DNA of 64,000 nucleotides from a virus. Made by a program: the position numbers and the translations under genes. Below the pieces are notes generated by a model. The model had not been told where the DNA came from. It made no database searches and was given only the letters and a program-made list of their open reading frames with translations. Positions 38,590-47,315 of this stretch are shown here, piece after piece. Positions within the stretch are counted from its first letter, which is position 1. Each line of letters begins with the position of its first letter. Location of the stretch: IMG/VR virus record IMGVR_UViG_3300047510_002509, one strand, 5' to 3'.

Positions 38590-38931
38590 ATGTCTAAAGA
38601 AGAAAACATTGTTGATGCGGAGCTCGTCGCAGGCGAGGATTTCGAGGTAAAAATTATCGATCCGCAGCCTATCGAGCGTAGCTTGCACTACTTCGCGCTT
38701 GACGGGAACTACGGTAACGCGAGTGGCATGCTCGTGCTAGAGACTACGTACTGGAGAGATGTCGACTGGGAGATTCTGGAGTCAGCATCTGATGACCAGC
38801 GCGCCAATGTCGCACGGTTGATTACTGAGTCATACGAGAAGCCTGAAGACATGACGGTGCTGTATGACAAGTTCGAGCAGTACGGTATTGACCTTGATGA
38901 TTTTATGCCGCGAGACCAGCTTGACAGCTAG
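38590..38931 (+). CDS. Acidic hypothetical protein
   Basis: Probable start MSKEENIV. Confidence 0.65.
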   Translation: MSKEENIVDAELVAGEDFEVKIIDPQPIERSLHYFALDGNYGNASGMLVLETTYWRDVDWEILESASDDQRANVARLITESYEKPEDMTVLYDKFEQYGIDLDDFMPRDQLDS

Positions 38932-39095
38932 GCCTCACGTAGGGTAAAAATATAGAACTGCCGCGGGTTTCTTCGTCGTTATCCCGTGTGCCACACCTGA
39001 GCATGTGTAAAAACTGCTCACTATCCTTTTCTGGCGAGCGCCGATGTCCCCCAAAGAGGGGACAGGAAATAAATCAAAAAGTTATTGCGTTCTAC

Positions 39096-39124
39096 TTGAC
39101 ACGATTGCAGGAAGATGCAATAAT
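39096..39124 (+). promoter_or_regulatory. Early promoter with TGCAGGAA box
   Basis: TTGACA cgat TGCAGGAA gatgc AATAAT. Confidence 0.8.
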
Positions 39125-39163
39125 TATCTCAATGCGAAAGCAGAAACGACGAAAGGAAAAATT

Positions 39164-39652
39164 ATGGGATACACCCACTACTATAAAAGAAGTCTTGATA
39201 GCAACGACCCAGAACTTTACGACAAGGTTCGTAAAGGTTTCACAGAGTTAGTAAAAAATGCCGAACTCAATGGCATTACAGTTGCAGATGCTTTTGGAGA
39301 AAAAGCTGGCGCATGGCAAGCAGATGGCGAGCGCATCGCTTTCAATGGTCTTGGAGAAGAGAGTTGCGAAACTTTTTCTTTCTCTCAGATTGTTCCACCT
39401 CAACCTCATTGGCGCGAAAACGAAAAAACTTTTTTCGATTTCACAAAGACTAATTATCGTCCATACGATGCTCTAGTCTGCGCGACCCTAATCCTTATCA
39501 AAGAGGTTTATGGTTCACAGGTTGAGATTTCCTCAGATGGTGGTTGGGACGATTGGGCAGATGGCTATGAACTTTACTTCTCAACCTTTAGAAACCCAAT
39601 GACACCTGAAAAACTTTTTGCCGAAGAACTTGCTTTTTTGGCAGGAAAGTAG
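39164..39652 (+). CDS. Conserved phage early protein
   Basis: ACGACGAAAGGA leader; MGYTHY, FNG, ETF, F.KT..RPYD, SSDG. Confidence 0.75.
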   Translation: MGYTHYYKRSLDSNDPELYDKVRKGFTELVKNAELNGITVADAFGEKAGAWQADGERIAFNGLGEESCETFSFSQIVPPQPHWRENEKTFFDFTKTNYRPYDALVCATLILIKEVYGSQVEISSDGGWDDWADGYELYFSTFRNPMTPEKLFAEELAFLAGK

Positions 39653-39658
39653 TAGATT
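39630..39658 (+). promoter_or_regulatory. Early promoter with GCAGGAA box
   Basis: TTGCTT-17-TAGATT. Confidence 0.7.
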
Positions 39659-39693
39659 AGTTTTCACTAGCACCAACGACGAAAGGACACCCA

Positions 39694-40152
39694 ATGCTAG
39701 ATAACACGAAAGATGTTCAGGGCGTAGGCGTTTACGCCGAGTTCCGTAAGCCCGGAGCAACAATGCAAATCATTGTCACACCTGATGGATACACAACTGA
39801 TGGGAAAGATGTTCCTGCCAATTTGTTCCGTCGAGTAGTGACACCAGCATCACCTAAGAAACAATGGCGCAACAATGCAATTCCTAATCACGCGATTACA
39901 GAATTGAGTGGAGTGGCACTTGGTGATGAAAAGAAAGAGGCTTTTGCTTCCCAGCGTTTGTTTTTTGCGATTGACTTGTTTGATGCAATAAACAATGGTG
40001 GGTGGGAAATTGTCAAAGACGCTTTTCTTGTTGAAGTTTCCAAAAAAGATTTGGAAGATGTTCGGACAGGAAAGACACCCAACAAACTTCTCTATCGCAT
40101 TGGTTTGGTTAGAGAAGCCAACGAGTTCCCACAAGAACTAATACCAGCGTAA
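39694..40152 (+). CDS. Hypothetical early protein
   Basis: ACGACGAAAGGA leader. Confidence 0.75.
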   Translation: MLDNTKDVQGVGVYAEFRKPGATMQIIVTPDGYTTDGKDVPANLFRRVVTPASPKKQWRNNAIPNHAITELSGVALGDEKKEAFASQRLFFAIDLFDAINNGGWEIVKDAFLVEVSKKDLEDVRTGKTPNKLLYRIGLVREANEFPQELIPA

Positions 40153-40177
40153 AGACGACGAAAGGACATAGGGAAAA

Positions 40178-41221
40178 ATGGAAAACACAAATCTTAGAGA
40201 GAGATACAACTCTCTCGGTGGTAGTAAAACTTTGTGGCAGATGGTTGAAGAAGTTGTTGCTCAGGCAGTATCTGAAACTTCAACAACAAATCTATCTGCA
40301 CAAGTTGTATCTGCGGGGCGTTATGTTGCTCGCGCTAGTGGCTCAGATAGAGCGCCACGAAAGTCAAAGCAAGTAATTTCCGTAGATAGCATGGAAGGTG
40401 AAGAGTCTTACGAAAGACCAAATGGCGAAATGTATTTTGGTCGCATGTGGGGCGAACACTCAGATGTGATGGCACTTCGCAAAGCGAGAGAAATGACTAT
40501 GAAGTCTTTCTCAGGTGAAGGTGGCTCTCCAATGTTTGCACTTATCTATGGCGCTCCGGGTTGCGGTAAAACTGCGATGGTTGAAGCCGCTTTTGGTGAT
40601 GATGTTGTCACACTCATTGGAACAGGTGACACCGAAGTTGCTGACATGGTTGGTGGTTATGTTCAAACTCCAAGTGGTGGTTTCGATTGGGTTGATGGTG
40701 GTTTAGTAGATGCCGCCGTCAATGGCAAAGTTTATTTCATTGACGAAATTGGTTTGATTGACCCAAAGGTTTTGTCACTTGCTTATGGTTTGATGGACGG
40801 ACGACGCGAGTTAGTTGTCACCGCAAATCCAGAGCGTGGCACTATCAAGGCTCACCCAAACTTCTATGTAGTTGCCGCGACTAACCCAAATGCTCCGGGA
40901 GTTCGTTTGTCTGAGGCGTTGCTATCTCGTTTCACTCTTCAAGTTGAAATGACAACAGATTGGGCGCTCGCAAAAAAGCTCGGAGTTCCAACTGCGATAG
41001 TTACTGCATCACAGAACCTTGCTAAGAAGCAAGTGTCTAATGAAGTTTCATGGTCTCCACAATTCCGTGAGTTGCTTGCTTTCCGAGATGTTGCGAAAAC
41101 TTTTGGCAATACTTTCGCTATCTCGAACCTACTTGCCTCTGCCCCCGAAATAGACAGACCTGTCGTTGCCGATGTGCTGACAAGGGCTTATGGGGAAGAG
41201 GTAAAGCCAGCGAAAATCTAA
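40178..41221 (+). CDS. MoxR/CbbQ/CobS-like AAA+ ATPase
   Basis: GAPGCGKT, FIDEI, AATNP, LSEALLSRF. Confidence 0.92.
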   Translation: MENTNLRERYNSLGGSKTLWQMVEEVVAQAVSETSTTNLSAQVVSAGRYVARASGSDRAPRKSKQVISVDSMEGEESYERPNGEMYFGRMWGEHSDVMALRKAREMTMKSFSGEGGSPMFALIYGAPGCGKTAMVEAAFGDDVVTLIGTGDTEVADMVGGYVQTPSGGFDWVDGGLVDAAVNGKVYFIDEIGLIDPKVLSLAYGLMDGRRELVVTANPERGTIKAHPNFYVVAATNPNAPGVRLSEALLSRFTLQVEMTTDWALAKKLGVPTAIVTASQNLAKKQVSNEVSWSPQFRELLAFRDVAKTFGNTFAISNLLASAPEIDRPVVADVLTRAYGEEVKPAKI

Positions 41222-41289
41222 CCCCTATGTCGGATTTTCGCTGAGGGGTAGGGGGCGCTTCATGGGTGTCGCGCCCCCCACTTCCCTAC

Positions 41290-41319
41290 TTGACACCCAA
41301 AGATGTTTTATTGTATTAT
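41290..41319 (+). promoter_or_regulatory. Early promoter
   Basis: TTGACA-18-TATTAT. Confidence 0.75.
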
Positions 41320-41367
41320 TTTCATGTCGAGGACAACGACATAAAGACAAATGGAAGGAACGACGAA

Positions 41368-43137
41368 ATGGCACACATAAAGGTTTCTGCAACTAGAGCA
41401 GAGTCCACTCCCCCTGAGTGGTTAGCAACAGGCGCACAGATAGGCGAACTTGTAAACACTTGGTCTGGAAGGTCAGACATAATCGCTTATGTAGGTGAAG
41501 GTGCAGGTGGTATCGCACCAGCATGTTTCAACCCACCATTAGCAGAGGTTGAAGTAAATACAAAGGTCGCGTTTGGTGGCGCAACAACTCCAGCGATGGT
41601 TGGAGATTTGAGAGAGCGCAAACAACAGTTTGAGTTTCCAAAAGCGATAGGTGCAATTTTGCACGAAGCCTTTCACGCAAAGTTTTCTATCTTTGACATG
41701 GAAAGTGCATACAAGGCGCTCGCAAAAGATGAATACGAAGCCTTGATACTTTTGGAAGAGGGTCGTATTGAAACTCAGGGTCTATGGCACATGCCTGAGT
41801 CTTTGAACTTTCTACGCGCTTGCGCGATGGAACTTGTTATCGCAGATGCAAAAGAAATGGAAGCCAGCACTTCAACAACTCAAACTTGCGCCAGCGCAGT
41901 TGGATTGGTCTTGGCTCGCGTTGATGCGGGGATTGTAGATGCTCATGAAGTTGCAAATGTTGAAAAAGAAGTTTCAGCTTTTTTAGGTGAAGAAGTTATT
42001 TCAAAGTTGCGAGAGATTTCTAAAAACTTTCGCGAAACTATTATTGACTTTCCAACTCAGGCAGAGACTCACCTTTACCCATTAGCAAAAGAGTGGGCAA
42101 AGATTATTCGTGATGTGAAAGAAGAGAAGGGCGAGAAAGATGAGCAGATGGCTCAGGCTTTCGCGCAGATGATGATGGAAGCGATTAGCGAAGCATCAGA
42201 GGAAATGGAAGTTTCAACAGGTATGGCGCTCGCAGACCAGCAGATGTCAGAAGAGATGGCAGAGGAAGCAAAGTCAAAAGCCAACCAAGCCAAAGAAGAA
42301 AACGAAAACAAAGATGTATCAGAAAAAGTTTTCTCAAAATCCACAACAGAAACAGGTGGAAGCACAAACTCGACTCTAGTAGAAGTTCGTAAGCCAACCA
42401 GCGCAGAGCGCATCGCGGCAGTTACGATTTCTAAGATGTTAGAAAAAGCAAAGTATCGTGACAGAGATGCGATTGAAATTAGTTCAATTATTCCTCCCGG
42501 AAGATTGCGCTCTCGCGCTATTGTTCAAAATGCCGCGATGAAGTCACGCGGGATTGTCCAGCAGACAGAAGCATGGCGTCGCACAGTTCGTAAGCAGACA
42601 GATGAAACAAGTCTTACAGTTGGTGTGATGGTGGACATTTCAGGTTCAATGGGAAGTGCCATGAAACCAATGGCGACAACTGCGTGGGTAATGTCAGAAG
42701 CAGTTCGCAGAGTGCAGGGTCGTTGCGCGATGGTTTACTACGGCTCAGATGTTTTTCCAACTTTGAAGGCAGGGCAACACCTTGAAGAGGTTCGAGTCTA
42801 TTCAGCGATGGATAATACTGAAAAGTTTGACAAAGCCTTTAGAGCCTTAGATGGCGCACTAAATCTGCTCAATGGTAGTGGCGCTCGATTGCTTGTCATT
42901 GTGTCCGATGGACAATACACAGGTGAAGAGCGTGGCAAGGCTCGCCATTGGACAAAGCGTTGCGCCGAGTCAGGTGTTGCGGTTTTGTGGCTTCCGTTCG
43001 ACTCAGGGCATTACGCCAAATCACTACTAGAAAGTAGCGCGGGTGTAGTAATGTCAGGAGTGCTTGACCCTGTATCGGCTTCCGTCGAGATTGGAAAAAC
43101 GGCAGAGCGAGTCCTAACAAATGTGGGCATGCGGTAG
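41368..43137 (+). CDS. VWA (CobT-like) protein with N-terminal HExxH metallopeptidase-like motif
   Basis: HEAFH...EEGRIE; MIDAS DISGSM; VSDG; start MAHIK after GGAAGGA. Confidence 0.88.
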   Translation: MAHIKVSATRAESTPPEWLATGAQIGELVNTWSGRSDIIAYVGEGAGGIAPACFNPPLAEVEVNTKVAFGGATTPAMVGDLRERKQQFEFPKAIGAILHEAFHAKFSIFDMESAYKALAKDEYEALILLEEGRIETQGLWHMPESLNFLRACAMELVIADAKEMEASTSTTQTCASAVGLVLARVDAGIVDAHEVANVEKEVSAFLGEEVISKLREISKNFRETIIDFPTQAETHLYPLAKEWAKIIRDVKEEKGEKDEQMAQAFAQMMMEAISEASEEMEVSTGMALADQQMSEEMAEEAKSKANQAKEENENKDVSEKVFSKSTTETGGSTNSTLVEVRKPTSAERIAAVTISKMLEKAKYRDRDAIEISSIIPPGRLRSRAIVQNAAMKSRGIVQQTEAWRRTVRKQTDETSLTVGVMVDISGSMGSAMKPMATTAWVMSEAVRRVQGRCAMVYYGSDVFPTLKAGQHLEEVRVYSAMDNTEKFDKAFRALDGALNLLNGSGARLLVIVSDGQYTGEERGKARHWTKRCAESGVAVLWLPFDSGHYAKSLLESSAGVVMSGVLDPVSASVEIGKTAERVLTNVGMR

Positions 43138-43227
43138 CGCGGTAGCGAAACCCATGAACTCAATAGCCCCCGAAACAAGTGCGTCCTTCCAGCGCGTTGT
43201 CCAACTTGTGGCAGGGGCAAAAATTGG

Positions 43228-43260
43228 AAGCCCCGTCTGAAACCAAGAGGCGGGGCTTTC
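43228..43260 (+). terminator. Intrinsic terminator
   Basis: AAGCCCCG...CGGGGCTTT. Confidence 0.7.
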
Positions 43261-43294
43261 AACCTAAAAACAAAACGACGAAAGGCGGGTAAAA

Positions 43295-43744
43295 ATGGAC
43301 GGCATACAACCACTTCTTGACCATGTAGGTGCAGAGGTCGAGTGGGATAGCGGATTACCGATGCACGAAGATAAACGCGATGCGATGTTTTATTGCGATG
43401 GCGGTTCGTCACGATTTGTGGCGAGGGTAAAAATAGCTGAGTTTGCGGTTGATGTTTATTGCGATGGCATCACCGATGTGCGGGACAGAACAAATGGCGA
43501 GCGCTACCGATACGGCGGTGACTTGATAATGAACAACTACACAACGGACGAGTTGCTAAATCAGGCAACCGAAAGCGGAGACCTTGATGTTGTCAATAAC
43601 AGTTGGTTCGATTTGTATTGCGAAGGCGAACACCTTGATACGGTAAGCCACGATGTGTGGGACGCGCTAAGAGATGCAATTACTTTTCTTCAAACGGAAA
43701 AGCAAAACGCTCAGGCGATTGAAAACGTCGGCGTGGATTTCTAA
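43295..43744 (+). CDS. Acidic early protein
   Basis: ACGACGAAAGG leader. Confidence 0.7.
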   Translation: MDGIQPLLDHVGAEVEWDSGLPMHEDKRDAMFYCDGGSSRFVARVKIAEFAVDVYCDGITDVRDRTNGERYRYGGDLIMNNYTTDELLNQATESGDLDVVNNSWFDLYCEGEHLDTVSHDVWDALRDAITFLQTEKQNAQAIENVGVDF

Positions 43745-43754
43745 GGGGTAAAAA

Positions 43755-44240
43755 ATGTCGAGAGTTATTCAGTTGATGTTGGTGGAAGCAGAAACAGCAG
43801 AAGAAGCGGCGAACCATGTGTCAGGCCTTCTTGATAATGAAACCCCTACACCCCATTGGTCGGACTACCATGACCTTGTTGATGAGTTTGATGGTAAGAG
43901 TGCGGTTGCGTATTCAGAAACCATTGGTCAGATAAAACTCAAAGAGTTCCTCGCTTATCGCGAAGCTGATCTGAAAAGATACTATGACAGGGTAAAAAAT
44001 TTCGATCTTGCCAAAGCAGTTGAGAATTACGATCCGTTCCGAGCAGGGCATAGTTTTACGGAAGACGATTTCCGAACTTATGAACTACGCAAACTTGCAG
44101 GTATCTTGGAAGACAGTTGGACTATGGACACAGGCGTCTATGATTTGGAAACTTGGTCAGCAAATCTCAAAGCCTTCAGAGAGCGTTGCCAACTCGCCCC
44201 TGAGATGCAATTCCTAGTTGCGGTGAGTTTCCACCACTAG
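43755..44240 (+). CDS. Hypothetical early protein
   Basis: WSD motif; C-terminal FLV.V.FH. Confidence 0.7.
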   Translation: MSRVIQLMLVEAETAEEAANHVSGLLDNETPTPHWSDYHDLVDEFDGKSAVAYSETIGQIKLKEFLAYREADLKRYYDRVKNFDLAKAVENYDPFRAGHSFTEDDFRTYELRKLAGILEDSWTMDTGVYDLETWSANLKAFRERCQLAPEMQFLVAVSFHH

Positions 44241-44263
44241 GCGACACGCCCAGCAAAATGTCT

Positions 44264-44292
44264 TTGACAAGATGTCAGGAAAATGCAAGAAT
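44264..44292 (+). promoter_or_regulatory. Early promoter with TCAGGAA box
   Basis: TTGACA-17-AAGAAT; GACACGCC upstream. Confidence 0.75.
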
Positions 44293-44317
44293 ACTTTCAA
44301 CGACGAAAGGAGCAGAA

Positions 44318-44425
44318 ATGCCAAAGAAGCCAGTAATGATTTACATACATTGTTGGAGATGCGGTGCGCCGTTCTCTATCAAGGAAAGTGATTACACCCA
44401 TCACGCGGGGTGCGGAAAGTGCTAA
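44318..44425 (+). CDS. 35-aa Zn-finger peptide
   Basis: ACGACGAAAGGAG leader; CWRC...CGKC. Confidence 0.65.
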   Translation: MPKKPVMIYIHCWRCGAPFSIKESDYTHHAGCGKC

Positions 44426-44562
44426 TGACTATCTGCGCCAGATGCGGTTGGGCTATCCATCAGGATTTTGGGTGGGTAGATGGGTATGGCTATTTAGATT
44501 GCGGTGGCAAGCCCCATGTGCCATCAAAAGTTGTTACCAATTCGTTATCAAAAAGTGCTTGA
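44425..44562 (+). CDS. 45-aa Cys/His peptide
   Basis: TAATG coupling; CARC...C....H. Confidence 0.55.
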   Translation: MTICARCGWAIHQDFGWVDGYGYLDCGGKPHVPSKVVTNSLSKSA

Positions 44563-44568
44563 CTTGAC

Positions 44569-44598
44569 TTGACAGATGTCAGGAAGGTCGTGTAATGT
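44569..44598 (+). promoter_or_regulatory. Early promoter with TCAGGAA box
   Basis: TTGAC x3, then TCAGGAAGG, TAATGT. Confidence 0.75.
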
Positions 44599-44676
44599 TT
44601 TATCTATCAGGGAAACCTGAGAACCTCTCTGAGGGAGTCTCCGAGAGAAATGACATAAAGATAAGGAGTCTTAGTT

Positions 44677-45039
44677 ATGTCTAAGGCATCAGTTACAAAA
44701 GCAGTATCAACCCCAGCAGTTGTTGAGGTTGTAACCACAGCAGAGGTAAAGGCAGACGCCGTTTATCTCGACAAGGCAACACAGATTGTCATTGACGACT
44801 TCATCGCGACTCGCGACATGATTACGAAGTTGGAAAAGACAAAGAAGGAACTAGAGGCAAAAATCAAGGATTATCTTGGTGAGGCTACTAAGGGACTTCT
44901 CCCAGACGGAACTCTCCGTATCGAGGCGTCAAATCGCGAGCGTCGCGGAATTGACACCGAAGCCCTAAAGACAGCCTTCCCAGAGGCATACGAGGCAACA
45001 CAGACTCTTAGCAAGTATGTTGTCTTGGTCGCTAAGTAA
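44677..45039 (+). CDS. Coiled-coil early protein (resembles the C-terminal region of YqaJ-type proteins)
   Basis: AAGGAG RBS; K..LE..IK..LG, ID...LK...PE.Y. Confidence 0.7.
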   Translation: MSKASVTKAVSTPAVVEVVTTAEVKADAVYLDKATQIVIDDFIATRDMITKLEKTKKELEAKIKDYLGEATKGLLPDGTLRIEASNRERRGIDTEALKTAFPEAYEATQTLSKYVVLVAK

Positions 45040-45130
45040 GACCTAATCCCCCCATTAGGAGCAAGCCCCTCACCCCTCAGGGGTGGGGGGTTTCTTAGTG
45101 GAAAAAAATAAAAGACGAAGAGAGGTAAAA

Positions 45131-45307
45131 ATGACGAAGAGGTATGTTGTTCAGTATTCAGGTTGGGCAGTTGTAGAAGCCAAAGATGAGAAACAGGCTT
45201 CCTATGATGTTGGAACTCTACTTGCCGATAGTGGCTTACCGAACGATGGTGGCGAAGGTGAGTGGCTAATTGACGAAGTCGAACTTGAAGAAGAGGACGA
45301 AGAGTAG
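45131..45307 (+). CDS. Small acidic protein
   Basis: GAGG RBS. Confidence 0.65.
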   Translation: MTKRYVVQYSGWAVVEAKDEKQASYDVGTLLADSGLPNDGGEGEWLIDEVELEEEDEE

Positions 45308-45320
45308 TAAGAAGAAAAAA

Positions 45321-45353
45321 AAGCCCCCGCGAAGATGCGGGGGTTTTCTTTTT
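45321..45353 (+). terminator. Intrinsic terminator
   Basis: CCCCCGC...GCGGGGG TTTTCTTTTT. Confidence 0.85.
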
Positions 45354-45470
45354 GCTTAGATGCGGGGTAAAAATTCCAGGAGCTGCGGCAGCAACAGCAA
45401 ATACCTGCACCAGGTGCAAATAACTTTTCAATGATGCGCCGCTATTTGGTGACATGAACGAACTAGATGC

Positions 45471-45499
45471 TTGACAAAGATGCAGGAAAGTAGTAGATT
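45471..45499 (+). promoter_or_regulatory. Early promoter with TGCAGGAA box
   Basis: TTGACA-17-TAGATT. Confidence 0.85.
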
Positions 45500-45531
45500 A
45501 GTTTTTGTCAGAAGGACGAAAGGACAAACAA

Positions 45532-45915
45532 ATGCAAACTCTCGACAAGCAAGTAGTAGAACTCGACTCCAGTTGTGTATGCGCCGAAGAAGATGGCACA
45601 TGGACAGAGTGTTGGGGTTGTTGGGACGACTCGAAGGAACTCTATGCAGAAATGCTAGAGGCTTGGAAGCGTGCCATTAGTTTCGATGAAGGCAAACAAG
45701 TAGTGCGGATAGATGGCAGGGCTATGACTTGGCTACGCCGTGATGGGTATGCCGTAGTTGAGGCAGACAAGGTTTTAGATGCCTTGCAGATAAATGGCGA
45801 CTTCCGCTTGGTATTCACACTTGAAGAAACAGAACTGAAGTGCGTGCGGTATTCACATGATGAGCCAGTAGGTGCGTCGTTTACTTTCTCTGCGATGGAA
45901 CAGCAAGAAGACTAA
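45532..45915 (+). CDS. Hypothetical early protein
   Basis: GACGAAAGGA leader; CxC..CxxC; SHDEP.G. Confidence 0.75.
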   Translation: MQTLDKQVVELDSSCVCAEEDGTWTECWGCWDDSKELYAEMLEAWKRAISFDEGKQVVRIDGRAMTWLRRDGYAVVEADKVLDALQINGDFRLVFTLEETELKCVRYSHDEPVGASFTFSAMEQQED

Positions 45916-45928
45916 GCACAAACTCCAG

Positions 45929-45966
45929 AAGACTCCCGTATCGCAAGATGCGGGAGTTTTTCTTTT
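45929..45966 (+). terminator. Intrinsic terminator
   Basis: ACTCCCGTATC-gcaa-GATGCGGGAGT TTTTCTTTT. Confidence 0.85.
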
Positions 45967-46068
45967 GTTGAAGATGCAGCGGATCGCGATCAGTTTTGAG
46001 CTAGGGGTAAAAATTTTGTCCTGGCGGGCCAGGCGCGGATCGTAGATGCAAATAACTTTTCGATCAGA

Positions 46069-46109
46069 CCCTGCGGACCTTGTGGTCCCTGCGGACCTTG
46101 TGGTCCCTG
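46069..46109 (+). repeat. 18-bp tandem repeat CCCTGCGGACCTTGTGGT (about 2.3 copies)
   Basis: Direct reading. Confidence 0.8.
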
Positions 46110-46140
46110 TTGCGCTCGCCGACACGCCAGAAAAATAAAC

Positions 46141-46169
46141 TTGACAAAGTTGCAGGAAGGTGAAATGAT
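46141..46169 (+). promoter_or_regulatory. Early promoter with TGCAGGAA box
   Basis: TTGACA-17-AATGAT; GACACGCC 20 bp upstream. Confidence 0.8.
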
Positions 46170-46273
46170 TCTTTTACACACGGAGTCCAGCAGTGGTCAC
46201 CTGAACGACTTGAACTCTAGAGGGTCGGAAACAAGATGTTGCTCCGTGTGTATCTAAAATGACGAAAGGACAA

Positions 46274-46519
46274 ATGATGGCACAAATGGAAATTACAGAA
46301 AAAGAAGCAGAACTATCTGCGATGGGTATGGCTATGTTGCTTACCTTTATGCAAGAACAAATCAACAAGCACAAGAACCACAAAGATTATTCAATGGACA
46401 AGTTGTTTGCGTTGATGGAGATGTATGCAACGATTGGTGATTTATGGGTGCGGTATCAAATGATTACTGGACTTACAAGAGAAGAAATTGCAGAGTATCT
46501 GCAAGAGCAGGAAGGATAA
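46274..46519 (+). CDS. Hypothetical early protein
   Basis: GACGAAAGGA leader. Confidence 0.65.
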   Translation: MMAQMEITEKEAELSAMGMAMLLTFMQEQINKHKNHKDYSMDKLFALMEMYATIGDLWVRYQMITGLTREEIAEYLQEQEG

Positions 46520-46521
46520 AA

Positions 46522-46653
46522 ATGGACGACATACTAAGAACTGTTTTGCAAGAGGCGAACCAAATTTGTATTGAGTGCGGAAGAAAGTTTGACTTGTTTG
46601 ATGAGGAACAAGCAGCAGAGTGGCACGCTGGACACGATTGTGAGGTGGAGTAA
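46522..46653 (+). CDS. Small Zn-binding protein
   Basis: CIECGRKFDL...EW..GHDCE. Confidence 0.65.
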   Translation: MDDILRTVLQEANQICIECGRKFDLFDEEQAAEWHAGHDCEVE

Positions 46654-46655
46654 AA

Positions 46656-46895
46656 ATGGCAGAGCAGGAGAAGCGCGAGTATCACTTCGTAGTTCGCTAC
46701 GACGCGGACACAGATGAGTTTGACATGGACTACGACACTTTGATGGCAAAGTTTCATGACAGTCCTATCTATGACCCTGAAACAGGAGAGTGGATTAGAT
46801 TGAAGGACACAGACTGGGAGAACGAGGGAACTAATTACAACAACGCGGGTGACGCAATTTGGGACGCGGTAAAAAATCTGAAGTTAAGGAGTTGA
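46656..46895 (+). CDS. Acidic hypothetical protein
   Basis: GGAG RBS. Confidence 0.65.
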   Translation: MAEQEKREYHFVVRYDADTDEFDMDYDTLMAKFHDSPIYDPETGEWIRLKDTDWENEGTNYNNAGDAIWDAVKNLKLRS

Positions 46896-46896
46896 G

Positions 46897-47115
46897 ATGG
46901 AAGAAGCGATTGACGAGATAAATCTTTCTCGAACAGTTTTGTTTGTTGGTGACTACTTCTCAATGATGACAACAGTTGTCCTCGCCGAAGAAAAGCGCGA
47001 GAAAGATGAAGATGACGATGAGTTTGCCATTAGGTTGGCAAAGCAGTTTATGCAGGAGTATTACGGCTGGGACTTAGAAGCAGTATCAAATGAAATAGGG
47101 ATTGTTGAGGAGTAG
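46897..47115 (+). CDS. Acidic hypothetical protein
   Basis: AAGGAG RBS. Confidence 0.65.
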   Translation: MEEAIDEINLSRTVLFVGDYFSMMTTVVLAEEKREKDEDDDEFAIRLAKQFMQEYYGWDLEAVSNEIGIVEE

Positions 47116-47315
47116 CGGCGCTCGCAGCAGTAAATAGAGGGTAAAAATCTGGCTTATTCTAGAACTCCAGCGTCGCGTAGTTGGAGCCTAGCTCGCACGC
47201 CGCTGATGAGGCGGGATTGCTACCCCCTGCCGCACCCTCCTTTGCACCCCCTAGCAGGGGAGGAGTGTCGAGTCCTTCCACATCATCTGCCTGTATGAGG
47301 TTTAGTATTGATGGT

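Noticed and set aside
40178-43137. True cobaltochelatase CobST for B12 synthesis
   Set aside because: No CobN or other cob genes; such MoxR-VWA pairs are common in phages regardless of B12.
45990-46181. Collagen-like GPQ ORF on the minus strand
   Set aside because: Antisense to an early promoter, no RBS, and only a by-product of the 18-bp repeat.
46181-46245. Hammerhead ribozyme (CTGAACGA...GAAAC)
   Set aside because: The core has an extra base and stems I and III cannot be formed.
47224-47262. Another antisense-loop hairpin (CCCTCCTTT)
   Set aside because: Matches only a generic SD, so it is not counted as gene-specific evidence.
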